Position numbers and translations under genes: made by a program. Below, piece after piece: positions 62,983 through 64,000 of a DNA stretch of 64,000 bases. The DNA comes from an uncultured Alphaproteobacteria bacterium (GTDB lineage Bacteria; Pseudomonadota; Alphaproteobacteria; HIMB59). Every line of letters starts with the position of its first letter. Position 1 is the first letter of the stretch. The notes under the pieces are model-generated. The model saw only the letters and a list, made by a program, of their open reading frames with translations, ran no database searches and was not told the DNA's origin. The stretch covers positions 75,306-139,305 of the forward strand of contig CABZXY010000001.1 of NCBI GenBank assembly GCA_902529795.1, written 5' to 3'.

Positions 62983-63831
62983 ATGCCCAAATTATATACC
63001 TTTTTAAAATATTTTTGCGTTATTCTTTGGTCTTGCTTTGTAATCGCTCCTTTTCTGTGGGCTATTTCTACTTCTTTTAAAGACTTTAACTCTGTTACTG
63101 GAGGCGCGACTTATATCCCATGGTTACAGTTTGAGCCCACGCTGGATGGTTGGAGCGTTTTGTTTAAACCTGGTTCACAAGGTGGAATTAACATTATCGG
63201 CCCTTACTTTAACAGTATCTTTGTTACCTTTACAGCAAGTTTCATCAGTATTGCGCTTGGAACTTTAGCTGCTTATGCATTATCTCGTTATACTTTTAAA
63301 GCAGGTTTCGTTCAAAATAACGACATTACTTTCTTTTTTATATCACAGAGAATCATGCCTCCTGTCGTACTTTCAATCCCATTTTTTATTTTTCTCAGTA
63401 CTATTGGATTACTTGATAGTCTGGCCGGTTTGATACTTGTTTACATCGTTCTGCTTATGCCAATTGCTGTTTGGATTATGGTCGATTTTTTCAACCGTGT
63501 TCCAAAAGAAATTGATGAGACGGCATTAATTGATGGATGTAATCCTTTTCAAGCATTTTTCAAAGTAGTACTCCCAAATTCTATTCCAGGAATGATCGTT
63601 GCCGGTCTCTTCTGCATCATTTTTGGTTGGATTGATTTTTTCTTTGCATTTATTCTAACTTTTACAAACGTGCAGCTTCTTCCTGTTAAAATTGTTGCTC
63701 TTAACTCTTCAATTACACCATGGTGGAGTTTATCAGCTGCTGCCCTTGTATCTGTGGCACCACTAATTATTGTTGCTTTTATTGTAGAGCGCTTCTTATC
63801 AAAAGGTAATTTAACTGGAGCCTTGAAATAA
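62983..63831 (+). CDS. Carbohydrate ABC transporter permease 2
   Basis: AAYALSR, PKEIDETALIDGC EAA loop. Confidence 0.92.
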   Translation: MPKLYTFLKYFCVILWSCFVIAPFLWAISTSFKDFNSVTGGATYIPWLQFEPTLDGWSVLFKPGSQGGINIIGPYFNSIFVTFTASFISIALGTLAAYALSRYTFKAGFVQNNDITFFFISQRIMPPVVLSIPFFIFLSTIGLLDSLAGLILVYIVLLMPIAVWIMVDFFNRVPKEIDETALIDGCNPFQAFFKVVLPNSIPGMIVAGLFCIIFGWIDFFFAFILTFTNVQLLPVKIVALNSSITPWWSLSAAALVSVAPLIIVAFIVERFLSKGNLTGALK

Positions 63832-64000
63832 ATGTCTCTTAATCTTGGAAATATTATTTTTAAGCCAACAGATCAATATCATCTCAATGACATCTCTCTT
63901 AATTTCGAGCCTGGAAAAATGTATACTATTTTAGGAAGAACACTCTCAGGTAAAACTACTCTCTTAAAAACTATTGCTGGTCTTCAAACGCCAGACTCAG
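63832..64000 (+). CDS. ABC transporter ATP-binding protein, GlpS-like (partial, 5' end)
   Basis: MSLNLGNIIFKPTDQYHLNDISLNFEPGKMYTILGRTLSGKTTLLKTIAGL; Walker A variant GxTLxGKT. Confidence 0.8.
   Translation, partial: MSLNLGNIIFKPTDQYHLNDISLNFEPGKMYTILGRTLSGKTTLLKTIAGLQTPDS

Overview
AT-rich, very compact chromosomal segment of a streamlined alphaproteobacterium. Gene content and order suggest a free-living marine oligotroph such as HIMB59/AEGEAN-169 or a SAR11-like lineage; this is inference only. The order is: (1) a phosphate-starvation island with the phoU 3' end, phoB, arsC, an aquaporin, dgkA, a SET-domain protein, plcP and agt, plus several Pho-box-like promoters; (2) core genes rimI-miaB-phoH-ybeY-corC-lnt-trmB-nusA-infB-rbfA-truB-rpsO-pnp; (3) a minus-strand run ubiE-coaC-coaB-dut-moeB-fabA-fabB-fabI-mtnP-mtnA; (4) mutM-rpsT-dnaA-dnaN-recF-gyrB-regB-regA-polA; (5) an AT-rich cassette (wHTH, MFS, RodZ-like HTH, two bactofilins) marked by a repeated palindrome; (6) an atypical class I ribonucleotide reductase operon with NrdR boxes; (7) adenosine kinase-ahcY-metK-tsaE-amgK-murU-trxA; (8) a DddP-like/BhmT/Rieske oxygenase cluster; (9) a GAF-Fis regulator lacking its AAA+ domain, an alcohol dehydrogenase and a CUT1 ABC transporter that runs off the end. 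I saw no tRNA, rRNA, CRISPR array, integrase or transposase. The best candidates for novelty are an unannotated Pho-box-driven ~80-nt hairpin RNA with an anti-Shine-Dalgarno loop (1292-1371), the palindrome-bracketed RodZ-HTH/bactofilin cassette, and a mosaic RNR whose small subunit has Glu as first metal ligand while keeping the radical Tyr. All calls come from reading motifs by eye; no searches or folding programs were run.
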